From: Scyliorhinus canicula
Lineage: Eukaryota
NCBI RefSeq assembly: GCF_902713615.1
Contig: NC_052162.1
Coordinates: forward strand, 89,136,922-89,200,921
DNA: 64,000 bases
Direction of reading: 5' to 3'
The stretch's first letter is position 1. The number at the start of each line of letters is the position of its first letter. The notes under the pieces were generated by a model. It was given only the letters and a program-made list of their open reading frames with translations, did not search any database and had not been told where the DNA came from. This document shows positions 13,453 to 26,810 of the stretch, piece by piece. Both the position numbers and the translations under genes were made by a program.

Positions 13453-13912
13453 TATTGATTTATTTATTTATTTTAATTATAAATAGAGCCACGGGCTGTG
13501 TTTAAAGAGGAGAGTGTATGTTTCGGTACAATCAAGATATATTCTCACTAGAACGAAAAATAGCGCGGCAGCACAGTGGTTAGCACTTGCTTCACAATGC
13601 CAGGGGCCCGGGTTCGATTCCCAGTTTGTCTGTGCGGCGTCTGCACGTTCTCCAAATCCAGAGCTATCTGTTTTCTAGTTCTCTCTTGGTATGTGGCAAA
13701 GCATGTCAGTCTGAATATCAGACCTTTCACCAGAAGGGCCTGTATTATATATTCATACCATTTGTCTAAGATGTCCTGATGGACTAGATTTCCAGGCAGT
13801 ATCCGCAGTAATTTGCTTTTTTCCAGGCTGTCTTCTGTTTCTTAAGTTATTTTCTTACCTGGGAAAGATTATATATGTAGAAATTAATATTGGAAGTTTT
13901 GATACATTTTGC

Positions 13913-14200
13913 ATCCAGGGTCCCAGGTTCGATTCCCTGCTTAGGTCACTGTCTGTGGAGTCTGCACAGTCTCCCCATGTCTGCATGGGTTTCCTCCGGG
14001 TGCTCCAGTTTCCTCCCACAGTCCAAAGATATGCAGGTTAGTTGGATTGGCCATGATAAATTGTCCTTCATGTCCAGAAAGGTTAGGTAGGGTTACTGGG
14101 TTATGGGGATAGTGCGAAGCTGTGGGCTCAAGTAGGGTGCTCATTTCAAGGTGCAGACCCGATGGGCCGAGTGGCCTTATTCTACACTGTAAATTCCATG
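13913..14200 (+). mobile_element. HE1-like SINE, 5'-truncated
   Basis: B box, core and CR1-type tail; a further head fragment at ~13567-13655. Confidence 0.85.
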
Positions 14201-14749
14201 TTGTTAGCCAAAATTTGCTTTTCTTTGCCTTATTTCTAGCGCCAGTTTCCCCTCTATAAATGTAGGTTATCAGTAGCTGTGAATTGAGGGGGAATGGGTG
14301 TAACAAGTAAACTTGACCTTCTGTGCAAGTTTTTCTTGGTTAATTCTACTTCTTTTCTTAAGGACATTCAGTGGATCCCACTGTCTTGCTGAAACAGAGT
14401 GTAGTAGTTAAATTGTTGATATTTTGCTCTCGAGCCCCAAATCATGCAAAACTTCATCCGTTTATATACAAAGACTCACAACAAAATCACTCTCAATGTG
14501 ATCTCAACTAAAGACCTGTGACATTCATTTGATTTGTGAAATCTTTCGCTGCATTAAATGGAGGGTAATGGACAGATGAAATCCTTCGCAGGGCGAGTTT
14601 CTTGCAGCCTTCAGATCTCCCTGGTATTTGGCGCCAGTGCTGTACAGCATATAATGATCGCACTTGAAGGTTAATAGTTGCGATCCTGCAAATTTGTGGT
14701 GAAATATCACATTGCTGACTATTGAAAATCGTGCACATCCTTCCATAAG

Positions 14750-16430
14750 TGCGTAGAGTCCGAGGAGATAGGAGAGGTGCTAAATGAGTATTTTTCGTCA
14801 GTATTCACACAGGAAAAAGACAAAGTTGTCGAGGAGAATACTGAGATACAGGCTACTAGAAGGGCTTGAGGTTTATAAGGAGGAGGTGTTAGCGATTCTG
14901 GAAAGTGTGAAAATAGATAAGTCCCCTGGGCCGGATGGGATTTATCCTAGGATTCTCTGGGAAGCTAGGGAGGAGATTTGGCTTTGATCTTTAAGTCATC
15001 TTTGTTTACAGGAATAGTGCCAGAGGACTGGAGGATAGCAAATGTTGTCCCCTTGTACAAGAAGGGGGGTAGAGATAACCCCGGTAACTATAGGCCAGTG
15101 AGCCTTACTTCTGTTGTGGGAAAAGGCTTGGAAAGGTTTATAAGAGATGGGATGTATAATCATCTGCAAAGGAATAATTTGATTAGAGATAGTCAACATG
15201 GTTTTGTGAAGGGTAGGTGGTGCCTCACAAACCTCATTGAGTTCTTCGAGAAGGTGACCAAACAGGTGGATGAGGGTAAAGCAGTTGATGTGGTGTATAT
15301 GGATTTCAGTAAAGCGTTTGATAAGGTTCCCCACGGTGGGCTATTGCAGAAAATACAGAAGCATGGGATTCAGGGTGATTTAGCAGTTTGGATCAGAAAT
15401 TGGCTAGCTGATAGAAGACAAAGAGTGGTGGTTGATGGGAAATGCTCCAGTTACTAGTGGTGTGCCACAAGGATCTGTTTTGGGGCCGTTGCTGTTTGTC
15501 ATTTTTATAAATGACCTGGAGGAGGGCGTAGAAGGATGGGTGAGTAAATTTGCAGATGACACTAAAGTCGGTGGAGTTGTGGACAGTGTGGAAGGATGTT
15601 ACAAGTTACAGAGGGACATAGATAAGCTGCAGAGCTGGGCTGACAGGTGGCAAATGGAGTTTAATGCAGAAAAGTGTGAGGTGATTCATTTTGGAAGGAA
15701 TAACAGAAAGGCAGAGTACTGGGCTAATGGTAAGATTCTTGGTAGTGTGGACGAGCAGAGAGATCTCGGTGTCCATGTCCATAGATCCCTGAAAGTTGCC
15801 ACCCAGGTTGAGAGGGTTGTTAAGAAGGCATATGGTGTGTTAGTTTTTATTGGTAGAGGAATTGAGTTTCGGAGCCATGAGGTCATGTTGCAGTTGTACA
15901 AAACTCTGGTGCGGCCGCATTTGGAGTATTGTGTGCCGTTCTGGTCGCCACATTATAGGAAGGATGTGGAAGCATTGGAAAGGGTACAGAGGAGATTTAC
16001 AAGAATGTTGCCTGGTATGGAGGGAAGATCATATGAGGAAAGGCTGAAGGACTTGACGCTGTTTTCGTTAGAGAGAAGAAGGTTAAGAGGTGACTTAATT
16101 GAGGCATACAAGATGATCAGAGGATTAGATAGGGTGAACAGTGAGAGCCTTTTTCCTCGGATGGTGATGTCCAGCACGAGGGGACATAGCTTTAATTTGG
16201 GGGAGATAGATATAGGACATATGTCAGAGGTAGGTTCTTTACTCAGAGTAGTAAGGGCGTGGAATGGCCTGCCTGGAACAGTAGTGGACTCGCCAACACT
16301 AAACGCATTCAAATGGTCATTGGATAGGCATATGGACGATAAGGGAATAGTGTAGAGGGACTTTAGAGGGGTTTCACAGGACGGCGCAACGACGTGGGCC
16401 GAAGGGCCTGTACTGCGCTGTGATGTTCTA
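14750..16430 (+). mobile_element. CR1 (HER1-like) LINE, 5'-truncated, frameshifted ORF2 RT and 3' UTR
   Basis: KSPGPDGIYP, NYRPVSLTS, DFSKAFDKVPH, GVPQGSVLGP, KFADD; 3' end GGGCCGAAGGGCCTGT..GTTCTA. Confidence 0.95.
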
Positions 16431-17199
16431 TAAGCAAAATTGATGTATTCCTTCATTGATGTTGACAGGATGAAACCTTTTGCCCTCTAGGTGGAGCACT
16501 AACCATAGGCAGAGCTATTCTCAATGCATAAAAAATAACTGATTCTTGATTTACAGGAGTTTTTTTGAAGGAATGTGGTTTTTTTTCATACCTTTCAGTA
16601 AATAAATAGTCCCATATTCAGCATTGCGCAGAAAATTGTATTGACATCTTTGGATTTTTGCGGTTGTGTGGTGTGTCGATGTTCACGAGAACTTTTCACT
16701 GAAACATAAAACTAGAATAGAGCTTTATTGTCCAGGCAGAAGTGGAAATCTGTCTTTGGCTTCAACTCTAGCATAACATATAATAATACAGTCATTAGTT
16801 ATAAAACAGTAAATATTTCATGTATGTATACATTCATACATTTGTACCATACAAACATATCACATTGCACTCTGCCGTTAAAGCACTTACTGTTGTTAAA
16901 ATAAAAATAACAAATTAAATTTATATTCTATTATTTAGTAAGCTTATGGACCTGAGAATAAGAGAACTTTTGAACAGATTTTCCTGGCAGTAGGCATTCT
17001 AAAGCGTCAGCCTGAAGGGAACCTTTCAAATTGACGATATAAAAAGTGAGAGGAATCACCACGGTGGCCTGAGTTTTCCTCAACTGCGTTGCTAAATAAA
17101 TTATACGTTGTCCACCAATGATTGGCAATGCTGACAATTCTTGCCAGTTTACTTTTGCATTTCACACTCTGGTTACCAGACCAGACTGTCATATTGAAT

Positions 17200-20170
17200 G
17201 TTTAAAAAATGAGGGCACAGAAGGAGACCACTCGGCCTATTGACATGCCGGCTGAAAAAGAGCGTGTGAGTTTCAGAGCCCCAGCACACTCTTGGGTGAA
17301 ATATATCTCCTCTACTCCCTTCTAATCCTTTTTTATCTTGTTAACTTTCACTTTATGTTATTGGTTATTGAGCTCTCTGCTAAGGGAATGAATCCTTCCT
17401 ATTCACTCTATCTCGGTCCTTCATCATTTTGTACACCTCAATAAAGTATGTGCTCAGCCTTCTCTGTTCCAAAGAACGCAATTCCAATCCAACCTCCTCT
17501 GTGCTTTCTAATGTGATCACATCCCTCTTATGGTGACCAGTATTGGTTGGAGTCATCTCACTGTGGCCTAGATAGTGATTTATACATTTTGAATAGGATC
17601 TTTGTGATCTTGTATTCCACATCCTTAACCAATGAAGGAAAATATCCTGTATGCCGCCTTAATCATATTATCTACCTGTCCTGCTATCTCTAAGACCTGT
17701 GGACATGCACGCCAAGCTCCTTCTGCTCCTCTACACCTCTCAGTATCCTATCTTTTATTGTATAATCTCTTGCCTGGTTTTCCTTCGTCAAATGCATAAC
17801 CTCACATTTCTCTAGGTTGTATTTTAGTTGTCATATTTTCTGCAGCCCTGACGAGCCCATTGATATTGTCCTGTAGCCTATAATGTTGGCTCTTTTCTCT
17901 CCCTACAGATGTTGCCGGACCTGCTGAGATTTTCTAGCATTTTCTCTTTTGATTTCTGACAAATACTTCCCTTTTATTGCATTATTCAACCCTGCATGCA
18001 CTTTGACGTTTGGTGGCGGGTATTGGTTGGAGGAGGTCGGGTGTGGGGTCTCTGGCCCTTTTCATTGATGCCTCCCACTGCTCACATAAGTAATTTACCT
18101 TCTTAAGCTGTTTCCAGTCCACTTTCGTTAACTCGCATCTCAACTTACTAAATTTGACCGTCCCAAATTTAACTGAATTATAAATACTACCGCTGAAAGG
18201 TTCTCGCACCGATACCTTCTACCTGCCCTTTTTCGTTCCCTAAAACTAAATCCAGAGTTGCCCATTATTTTGTTGGGCTTGCAGTGTACTGGCAAAAAGG
18301 TTCTCCTGAATTCATTGTCAAGATTCTGCTCCTTCTGTACCTTTTTATATACTGATTTTATCCCTGTTTTATATTATGGCCATTGAAATTCCCTATTATT
18401 ACTGCCCAGTTGTTTCTTTCTTATCAGTCATTTGCCGACATTTTCCCTTCTAACTCCCTTTGCATGTATGGAGGTCTGTAGTATGCTCCCAGTACAGTGG
18501 TACGCACTACTGCCATACAGTGTCAGAGACCTGGGTTTGAACCGCTTTTAGTAACTGTCTGCACGTTCTCCCCGTGTCTGTGTGGGCTTCGTGTAGATGC
18601 TCCGGTTTCCTCCCACAGTCCAAAGATGTGCAGGTTAGGTGGATTGGCCATGATAAATTGTCCTTAGTGTCCAAAAAAGTTTAGGTGGGGTTACGGGGAT
18701 GGGATAGACTTAATGGGGTGCTCTTTCCAAGGGCCGGTACAGACTCGATGGGCCAAAGAGCCTCCTGCAGTGTAAATTCTACGATTCTATGATTATATGT
18801 TCAGGTTAGGTGGGGTTATGGGATTACGGGTTGGGTGGGGAGTAGGCCTAGATGGACACTCTTTTGGAGGGCCGGTACAGACTTGATGAGCCTAATGACC
18901 TCTTTCTGCACTGTAGGGATTTAATGGTATGATTACCTCTTTTGTTCCTCAGTTCAGTCCCTATGGCCTCAGTTGGACCTCTAACGAATCCCAAAGTTAT
19001 AACACCAACTCCACTTTAAATTATTTTATTTGCCTGTCAAGCACATTGCTTTTTGTTTCCTCACAGATGTGATTTTTTTTCTTGTGACCCAGCCAGCCTC
19101 CTTTTACCCTTCTACCACATCTAAAATGATCTTTGGCAGAAATATTGAGCTGCCATTTCTGCCCTTATTGAAGCCATGTTCAGTGATAGCACTTCCATGT
19201 GTCTACCTGTGCCCTCCGTTCTTCTGGTTTATTCACTAAACACCTTGATTGAAGGATATTACATTAATTATTGAATAACTTGTTTAGTAAGTATTTTGTA
19301 GCCTTTGTTTCCTCTGCCTTTCATACTTGCTTATTAATTTTCTGTCTTCCATCTTCAGCTTTTTTTCTTTTCCTTCTGAATCCATGCTCCAGTTCCATCC
19401 CACTGTCAAGCGAGTTTAAACCCCCCCCTCATGGTATGAGAAAACCTCCCGCCACAATATTACTCCGTGCCCTGTTTATATTCAAACTGTCTGCATGTAT
19501 AGGCCCCATTCTCCCCAGAATCCGTCCCAATATCATTAGAATCTAAAGCCCTTCCTCCTGCACCTTCTCTCCATTTATTCAGCTATACTCACCAGCATGT
19601 GGCACTGGGAGTAAACTGCCGATTACTGCCTTTTAAGGTCCTACTTTTTATTTTATTTTCTCGCCACCAGAATCTGCTTTTAGGCTATCATTCCTCTATC
19701 AGTCAATAACAGATACTGATATAAGCAATGACCTCTGATTGTCCTCCCTTCACCAAGTGTCCTGCAGCTGCTCAGTGACGTACTGGACACTGCCACTAGG
19801 AAGGCAACCTACCATACCATCTTGGAAACATGCCAGCTGCCACAGAAACGCCTGTCTGCCACCTGCCATCCCACTACTGAATTATCACAGTTGATTTCCT
19901 GACCTTCCTACTGCACACAACCATCCACTGTATAGCTGAACCAGCTGTGTTGCCGAGATCTTAGCGTTCACTGCAATCTCCAGAAGAAACGTGGTTCTCA
20001 TCATGAATACCTGTTACAGAGCAAGATGTAATCGGGGAACTCTAGTGCTACCTGCCTTGTCCTTATTGTCAGTCTGGCGTTCACCCACTCCCTCTTGACC
20101 TGCATATGTTGCTGGGTGACCGCTTCCAGAAATTAGCTAAGTTGTCCATGTAGCTCTCTGCCTCATAGCA
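17200..20170 (-). mobile_element. old fragmented CR1 LINE with nested SINE (~18490-18930) and Penelope terminal fragment (~17880-17960)
   Basis: SLEQRRL..IEVYKMM remnant (ORF 17380-17622) and further CR1-like segments. Confidence 0.65.
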
Positions 20171-20179
20171 CAGTGATTT

Positions 20180-21030
20180 GGGGCAGCATGGAGCACAGTG
20201 GTTAGCGCAATTGCTTCACAGCTCCAGGGTCCCAGGATCGATTCCTGGCTTGGGTCACTCTGTGCGGAGTCTGCCTGTTTGTGCGTGGGTTTCCTCCGGG
20301 TGCTCCGGTTTCTTCCCACAGTCCAAAGATGTGCAGGTTAGGTGGATTGGCCATGATAAATTGCCCTTAGTGTCCAAAAAGGTTTGGTGGATTGGATTGG
20401 ATTTGTTTATTGTCACGTGTACCGAGGAACAGTGAAAAGTATTTTTCTGCAAGCAGCTCAACAGATCATTCAGTACATGGAAGAAAAGGGAATTAAACAA
20501 AATTCAAGAAAATACATGAGAATACATAATAGGGCAACACAAGATATACAATGTAACTACATAAGCATTTGCATCGGGTGAAGCATACAGGGTGTAGTGT
20601 TAATGAGGTCAGTCGATAAGAGGGTCATTTAGGAGTCTGGTGACAGTGGGGAAGAAGCTGTTTCTGAGTCTGTTCGTGCGTGTTCTCAGACTTCTGTATC
20701 TCCTGCCCAATGGAAGAAGTTGGAAAAGTGAGTAAGCCAGGTGGGAGGGATCCTTGATTATGCTGCCCGCTTTCCCCCGGCAGCAGGAGGTGTAGATGGA
20801 GTCAATAGATGGGAGGCAGGTTTGTGTGACGGACTGGGCTGTGTTCACGACTCTCTGAAGTTCCTTGCGGTCCTGGGCCGAGCAGTTGCCATACCAGGCT
20901 GTGATGCATATGGGGGCTTATGGGGATAGGATGGAGGCGTGGGCTTAAGTAGGGTGCTCTTTCCAAGGGCCGGTGCAGACACGATGGGCCAAATGGCCTC
21001 CTTCTGCACTGTAAATTGTATGATTCTGCT
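20180..21030 (+). mobile_element. HE1-like SINE split by a Rex1/Babar insertion
   Basis: Head and core at 20180-20390; SINE 3' part resumes at ~20910. Confidence 0.85.
20388..20909 (-). mobile_element. Rex1/Babar LINE 3' end
   Basis: ORF 20609-20848 (IIKDPSH..LFQLLP.GRRYRS..TRTNRLRNSFFP); tail GTGACAATAAACAAAT(CCAAT)n. Confidence 0.85.
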
Positions 21031-21828
21031 CAAGCTCAGAAACCTAGAGCAGAGACAGGAGTGGAGCTATAAAGAAACAGGAGCAGCAATGAGGGAATAA
21101 ATTGGTGCCCTGTCTCTGGAATAGCACTTGCCTCGAGTGAGAATTAGGAGCAGGAATAGACCGGGGCATGCTCCAAGTTCCAAAAGATTAGAGAAAAAAA
21201 ATCAAACTCTCATCACAGCAAGGCAACGGGTTGATTGGACAAACAAGGAGTGATTCGAGGGAGAGCCACAAGACCTAATCTTGTTTTGGTTGATTTTCTG
21301 AAACTCTGGACTCGATTGCTGCTGGTGATGACACTTTCTCACATATGGTTGTCCAGGACAGGAGAAATATCCTGAAATTCCTACATGGAACAGGATGCCT
21401 TGCCAGCCCTCATTTATTGGACTAATTATATTTATTGGATAGCCCACTGGCTTAACTTTTTTTTTAAATGTATCCCTTAACAGCTAGTCATCCACCTGCT
21501 GTTCTGTGGCAGCATTTCATTTTGTTATTGTATCGAGTTTGCTCTCTGCTCCTCTCCTCTGTGTTCTTGCAGTCTCTGCTGAGTATTTTGTTCCTCTTTA
21601 TTTAATGATCATGTTAGAGGCTGAAGTTGGGTGCATCCAGGTGGCTCACAGTATTGCTCCTCACTGCTTTGTCTGAATTTAAGAGTGTTAGTGCTGTGTT
21701 TTAGCTGAACCTTGGATTGTTAACGATATCCTGTATATTGGCACTGTTAATTCTATGATCTATGATTAATCTAGGACAAAGGTTTGGCACAATATCGTGG
21801 GCCGAAGGGCCTGTTCTATGTTTTATAG

Positions 21829-22014
21829 CAGTGCTTCTCAAACTATCTGATGTGGCGGACCGGCAGTTTTTTTTTTCAATGTGCCAGGGACCGGTGAGCG
21901 AAACAAGCCAATCCAGGATTACTGTCTCTTTCTTTTCTGGAAACACTCCACGTACCGGCAGACGATGGCTCGCGTACCGGCACCGGTACGCGTACCACAC
22001 TTTGAGAAGCACTG
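21829..22014. mobile_element. hAT (Charlie-like) MITE, 186 bp
   Basis: Terminal inverted repeats (TIRs) CAGTGCTTCTCAAA / TTTGAGAAGCACTG; perfect 8-bp TSD TTTTATAG (21821-21828, 22015-22022); inserted in a CR1 3' tail. Confidence 0.92.
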
Positions 22015-22087
22015 TTTTATAGCAAAGGCAGACAGCAATGAATTGGTAAATTAAAGTAATCCCATTGCCTTCACAGATGTGTTAGAC

Positions 22088-22412
22088 CAGGGGTGGGCAA
22101 ACTTTTCCGTGCAAGGGCCACATTCAGAAATTCACAATTTTAAAGGGCCGCATAGTATATTAAGTAAAATAATTACTTCACCCGGTTATGATTCTGGGCG
22201 CCTCATATAGAACATAGAACAGTACAGCACAAAACAGGCCCTTCGGCCCTCGATGTTGTGCCGAGCAATGATCACCCTACTCAAGTCAATGTATCCACCC
22301 TATACCAGTAAGTAACCCAACAGCCCCCCCCCCCCCATTAACTTTTTAAAAAAATTAAAAAAAAAAAAAAATTTTTTTGGTGGGCCGCATAAAGACCTTT
22401 GGCGGGCCGTAG
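22088..22412 (+). mobile_element. hAT-type MITE containing a SINE 3' fragment (22207-22342, minus strand); right TIR missing
   Basis: Left end CAGGGGTGGGCAAACT; repeated GGGCCGCA subterminal motifs; ends GGCGGGCCGTAG. Confidence 0.75.
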
Positions 22413-22714
22413 ACAAACAAAATCCATTGAATATCTGACTTCTAGAGTTACACATTGTAATCTGTTGGAACTTTAGATCTGTAACAATTAATTTTTTTAT
22501 CTTTGCTCAGTTTTCCTTACTATAGCCTTGTAAATAAACATATTTGATTGGCAAGTGTTTGAACCAGATTGTCACAACTGTAATTGAGGTAGCTGTGATC
22601 TTGCTTTGGAAAACAATATGATGGGTGTTTGTTTTGCATGCCCAAAATGTTGTGCAAAAATATCTTCTAATCTTTGCTCTGCCTAAAGTGGAAGTCAAAT
22701 AGATTTTACATATA

Positions 22715-22930
22715 GACCAGACCAGGTAAGGACGGCAATTTCCGTTTCTAAAGGGCATTGGTGATCCAGATGGGCTTTTACGACAGGTGACGATGGTTTC
22801 ATGGTCATCATTAGACTTTCGATTTCAGATTTTTACCAGTTATCTGCCGCAGTGGAATTTGAACCTGGTTCCCCAGAGAATTACCCTGAATCTCTGGATT
22901 ACTGGTCCAGTGACCACTATGCCACCACCA
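22715..22930 (-). mobile_element. second SINE family, partial copy
   Basis: CCAGACCAGGTAAGGACGGC..CAGATGGG..GGATTACTGGTCCAGTG, homologous to 12228-12545. Confidence 0.7.
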
Positions 22931-23170
22931 TCCCATACCACCAAGGTGGGCACTTGGCTGTATCCACACTGCTTGCGTTGGATGGGGTGGGGGGGGGGGG
23001 GGGGAGGGTTGGGGGTGGGGGGGGGGGTGGGGGGATGTCTTCGGAATGAATATCTGATCATTTGGGGAAGTTTTTCCTGAGTTGTGTTCAAGGGGCCAGG
23101 AAGTTTTTGAAACTCTGCCCAACTGACTAAGGTGGGTAAATTTGTTGCTACATTTGTAATTAAATCACAA

Positions 23171-23620
23171 TCTGTGCAGAGTCTGCACGTTCTCCCCGTA
23201 ATTGATCTGCACGGTAGCACAAGTGGGTGGCTTCACAGCGCCAGGGTCCCAGGTTCGATTCCCTGCTGAGTCACTCTGTGCAGAGTCTGCACGTTCTCCC
23301 CGTAATTGATCTGCACGGTAGCACAAGTGGGTGGCTTCACAGCGCCAGGGTCCCAGGTTCGATTCCCTGCTGAGTCACTCTGTGCGGAGTCTGCACGTTC
23401 TCCCCGTGTCTGCGTGGCTTTCCTCCGGGTGCTCCGGTTTCCTCCCACAGTCCAAAGATGTGCAGGTTAGCTGGATTAACCATGCTAAATTGCACTTGGT
23501 GTCCAAAAGGGTTAGGCGGCGTTATTGGGTTAAGTGAATAGGGTTGAAGAGCGGGTTTAAGTGGGTCGGTGCAGACTCGATGGGCCAAATGGCCTCCTGC
23601 ACTGTATGTTCTGTTACTAT
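23171..23620 (+). mobile_element. HE1-like SINE with tandem 104-bp head repeats
   Basis: Units start at 23171, 23275 and 23379; the last continues into the full SINE body. Confidence 0.9.
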
Positions 23621-24339
23621 GTTACAATGTTGCAATCTGAATATCCTTTGAACAGCAGCCGCTCTTTCTTGCAGCATTGCTTTAAGAACACAGTAAATCT
23701 AATATTACATTTTACTTAATATTAGAATTTACATTTACGCAAGTTTACAAATGTGGGGTTGAGGTTACAATCTGATCAGCCATGATCTTATTGAATGGAA
23801 AAGCAGGCCCAATGTGTATGTTTGCATGCCAAATGTTTTTAAAAAAAGTTTAGACCTGAATTTAGTTGTTTGAGAGCAGAACTGTTAGTTGAATCAAAAC
23901 TCTGTTTCAGGGTAGTTATCTATACTCTGAGCAAAGAACTGTTCTTTAACGCTGCACGCCCCCTTCTGCTTTTTCACAGAGCATAATTTTGTGTGGAATT
24001 CATCACTGCAAATGAAGTTGGTCTTCAATCTTGAACTGTTAAGTCAGATCATTAACCTTGCATGTGAATAGAAGTGTACTTCCAGCTGGCCTTGAGCACA
24101 CTTGGGGAATGCGATGGTGTTGCATGGCGATTTGCCATGGTGTTTCATTCTTCAAACAATTTTTAGCATTGACTTGGAAACTACAGTTGGTAAATTGTGG
24201 GAAAGTAAATGCATGCAGGGATTGCCAAGATAAGGCATTAAACTAACTTGGTTTTGTGAAGATTTCCTGGTGGCGTGCTCAAGGTAGAGCCAAAGTAACA
24301 AGCTGGAATTGCTCTGAAATCCGTGTTGGCTTTAGTTAA

Positions 24340-24555
24340 AACAACAAACTTGAATTTATATATAATGTCTTTCATTCATGGCCTCCGTACATTCCAAGTG
24401 CTTTGCAACTCTTTTAGATGTGTAGTCACTGCGTGCGACATAGGAAATATGACAGACAATTTGTGCACGGGACCCTCTAAACACCACTTGAGGTATTGAC
24501 CAGATCATCTGTTGGTGTTATTGGTTGAAGGATAACTTGCTCAGGACACTGGCTC
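24340..24555 (-). mobile_element. Deu-domain SINE, degenerate
   Basis: Reverse complement of the Deu core and the L2-like tail. Confidence 0.6.
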
Positions 24556-24719
24556 TGCTTTGAAATGTTGCTACATTATAACAGTGACTATACGTCTTCA
24601 AACTACTTCATTTGTGAGGTGTTTTGTGATTTCATGTGGTCTGATTTGCAAAATCTCTTTGGAAAAGATCATATTGCTGTGGTTATTGCAGTTATATATA
24701 ATAATTATTCCTTTTCTGC

Positions 24720-26430
24720 TCCGTACACTTTCTCCATTGTAAGGAAATTGATAGAGGATCCATCAACCCTCCAGTCGTGTACCCCCCCAAAATGTGGTCA
24801 TTTTGTAGGGGCCTAAAAATTAAAGCACTCTGAAATGATTTGCCCATGCACATCACTAGCCTGATCCAGTCCTCTTTTGACCTCCCGACATGTGTTTTTC
24901 AACAGGGATCACTGGACCCTTTTATGTTTTTATGTTTTACTTTTTTTTCCACCATTGGAAACTCCAAATCCTCCAAGAATTGCCTCATCCCCTCCACCCA
25001 GCTGGGGACTCCGACTCATACAGCCGACTGTGAAAGTCCTTGAACACCCTAATCACCCCCGCTGGGTCCAAAATCATGTTTCCCCCTTCTATCCTTCACT
25101 CTTCCTATCTCCCTGGCATCCTCCCTTTTCCTGAGCTGGTGTGCTAACATCCTACTGGCCTTCTCCCCATGCTCATTACCGCCCCTCGCGACTTCCTCAC
25201 CTGCCCCACCACCTTCCTTGTGGATATCAGACCAAACTCCATCTGCAGCTTCAACAACCCCGCCTCCGGGGCTTCCGAGTACCTTCTATCCACCTGGAGG
25301 ATTACCCTAACCAGCCTATTCATCTCTGCCCTCTCTACCTTCTTCCTATGAGCTCGTACCAAAATCAGCTCCCCCTAACCTTCAGTGCCTTCCATACCGT
25401 AGCTGCCGAAACCTCCTCTGTGTCATTTATCTCTAAATAATTGGAGGATGGCCTCCCTCACCCACCTGCACACCTCCTGTGGTGAATCATAATAGCATAA
25501 TTCACACTGTTATCACACATGTTGTACCATGCCTCGTAAGCTCGGCACACGAGCAGTTGCGCGGCTCTGCCCCTAGGGGGAGTTGTACTGGGAATGAACG
25601 GAAGTTCTTACTGGGCTCCACCCTTGGCTCCGCCCATGACTCCTCCCCCCCCCCACTGGTTATAGAAAGCTTGGCAGTCGGAGCCTGCCTGCCAGTTCAT
25701 CTAGAGTTCATCGCGTCACAGGCAGGCTCTGTTGTAAGACGATTAAAACCACTGTTCACTGCTAACCATCACTAGGAATGGAGTGAACTCAAAACCCTCC
25801 CATCCCTACCCGCTGATCAACCATAAGCCTTTTTAGACCAGCTTCCGTCCCGCGCCTCCTCAGGCCCACCCTCGAGCACCCACCGCCATCGTCCCCCAAT
25901 TTGTCTCCAAGCGCCAGTCCCTTCCCTGTCAGCAGATCAATACACCCCCTCCCCCACCCCACCTCATATCAAAATAACAATCTCACCCTCCCTCAACAAA
26001 CTGATCAACTGCTCCACAAATTTCCCTATATCCGATCTCTCACTGCCCTTCGGAAGGCTAACAATCCTCAGGTTCAGCCTGCGCGACCTGTTCTCCAAAT
26101 GCCCCACTTTCTCTTGCAGCCTCTTCTGGTCTCTTCATCAGCCCCATCTCCCCGCCATCGCGGCTAGCTGCTCATCATCTCAGCAACCGCCTCATCGTCT
26201 CAGCAACCGCCTCTTGGATCGCCTGGCCCTGGGCTTGCACACTCTTCTGCACACGATCAAACCCCGTCTTAATCGGATCAAGGTAGTCCTTTCTTTGCTG
26301 AGCAAAGCTCTCCTGGAGAAAGACCACCAACTGCTCCATTGACCACTGGGCCGGCAGTTTCGGACCCTGACCTCCGCCATGTGCTTCAGCCTCCACTCCT
26401 GTCTTCGACAAAAAATCTGTCCTTTTCACC
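24720..26430 (-). mobile_element. heavily deleted L1/Tx1 element (ORF1 and ORF2 patches)
   Basis: AHRKKVERAEMNRLV..VDRRYSEAPE (ORF2-like, cf. 3060-3150) and QWSMEQLVVFLQESF..LDPIK (ORF1-like). Confidence 0.7.
25478..25771 (+). mobile_element. probable solo LTR inserted in the L1 remnant
   Basis: Starts TGTGGTG and ends CCATCA; GC box, TATA-like TTATAGAAA and ATTAAA in LTR order; no clear TSD. Confidence 0.55.
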
Positions 26431-26444
26431 TGATGAGTGGGAAG

Positions 26445-26810
26445 ATGGGGTTGTAGTGGTAACGCCACTGGACTCGTAATCCGAAGGCCCAGGCGAATGC
26501 GCTGGAAACGAGGCTTAAAATCCAACCATGGTACCTGGTGGAATTCAAATTCAATGAATAATAATAATTTGGAATTGAAAGCCAGTCTCAATATTGCTAA
26601 CCATGATCCTATCATCAATTGTCATAACCCATCTGGTTTGTTAATGTGCTTTAGGAAAAGAAATCTGCGATCCTTACCTGGTCTGGCCCACCTGTGATTC
26701 CAGACCTACAGCAATATGGTCGACTCTTAACTTCCCTCTGAAAAGACCCAGCAAGCCAAGGGCAATTAGAGATGGGTGCCAAATGCTGACCTTGCCAATG
26801 ACACTCATGA
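26445..26810 (+). mobile_element. second tRNA-derived SINE family, near full-length
   Basis: tRNA-like head (GTAGTGGTAA..CACTGGACT), tail AAGGGCAATTAGAGATGGG..AAATGCTG. Confidence 0.75.

Noticed and set aside
15432-16355. 307-aa RT ORF as an active or domesticated gene
   Set aside because: Part of a frameshifted, 5'-truncated CR1.
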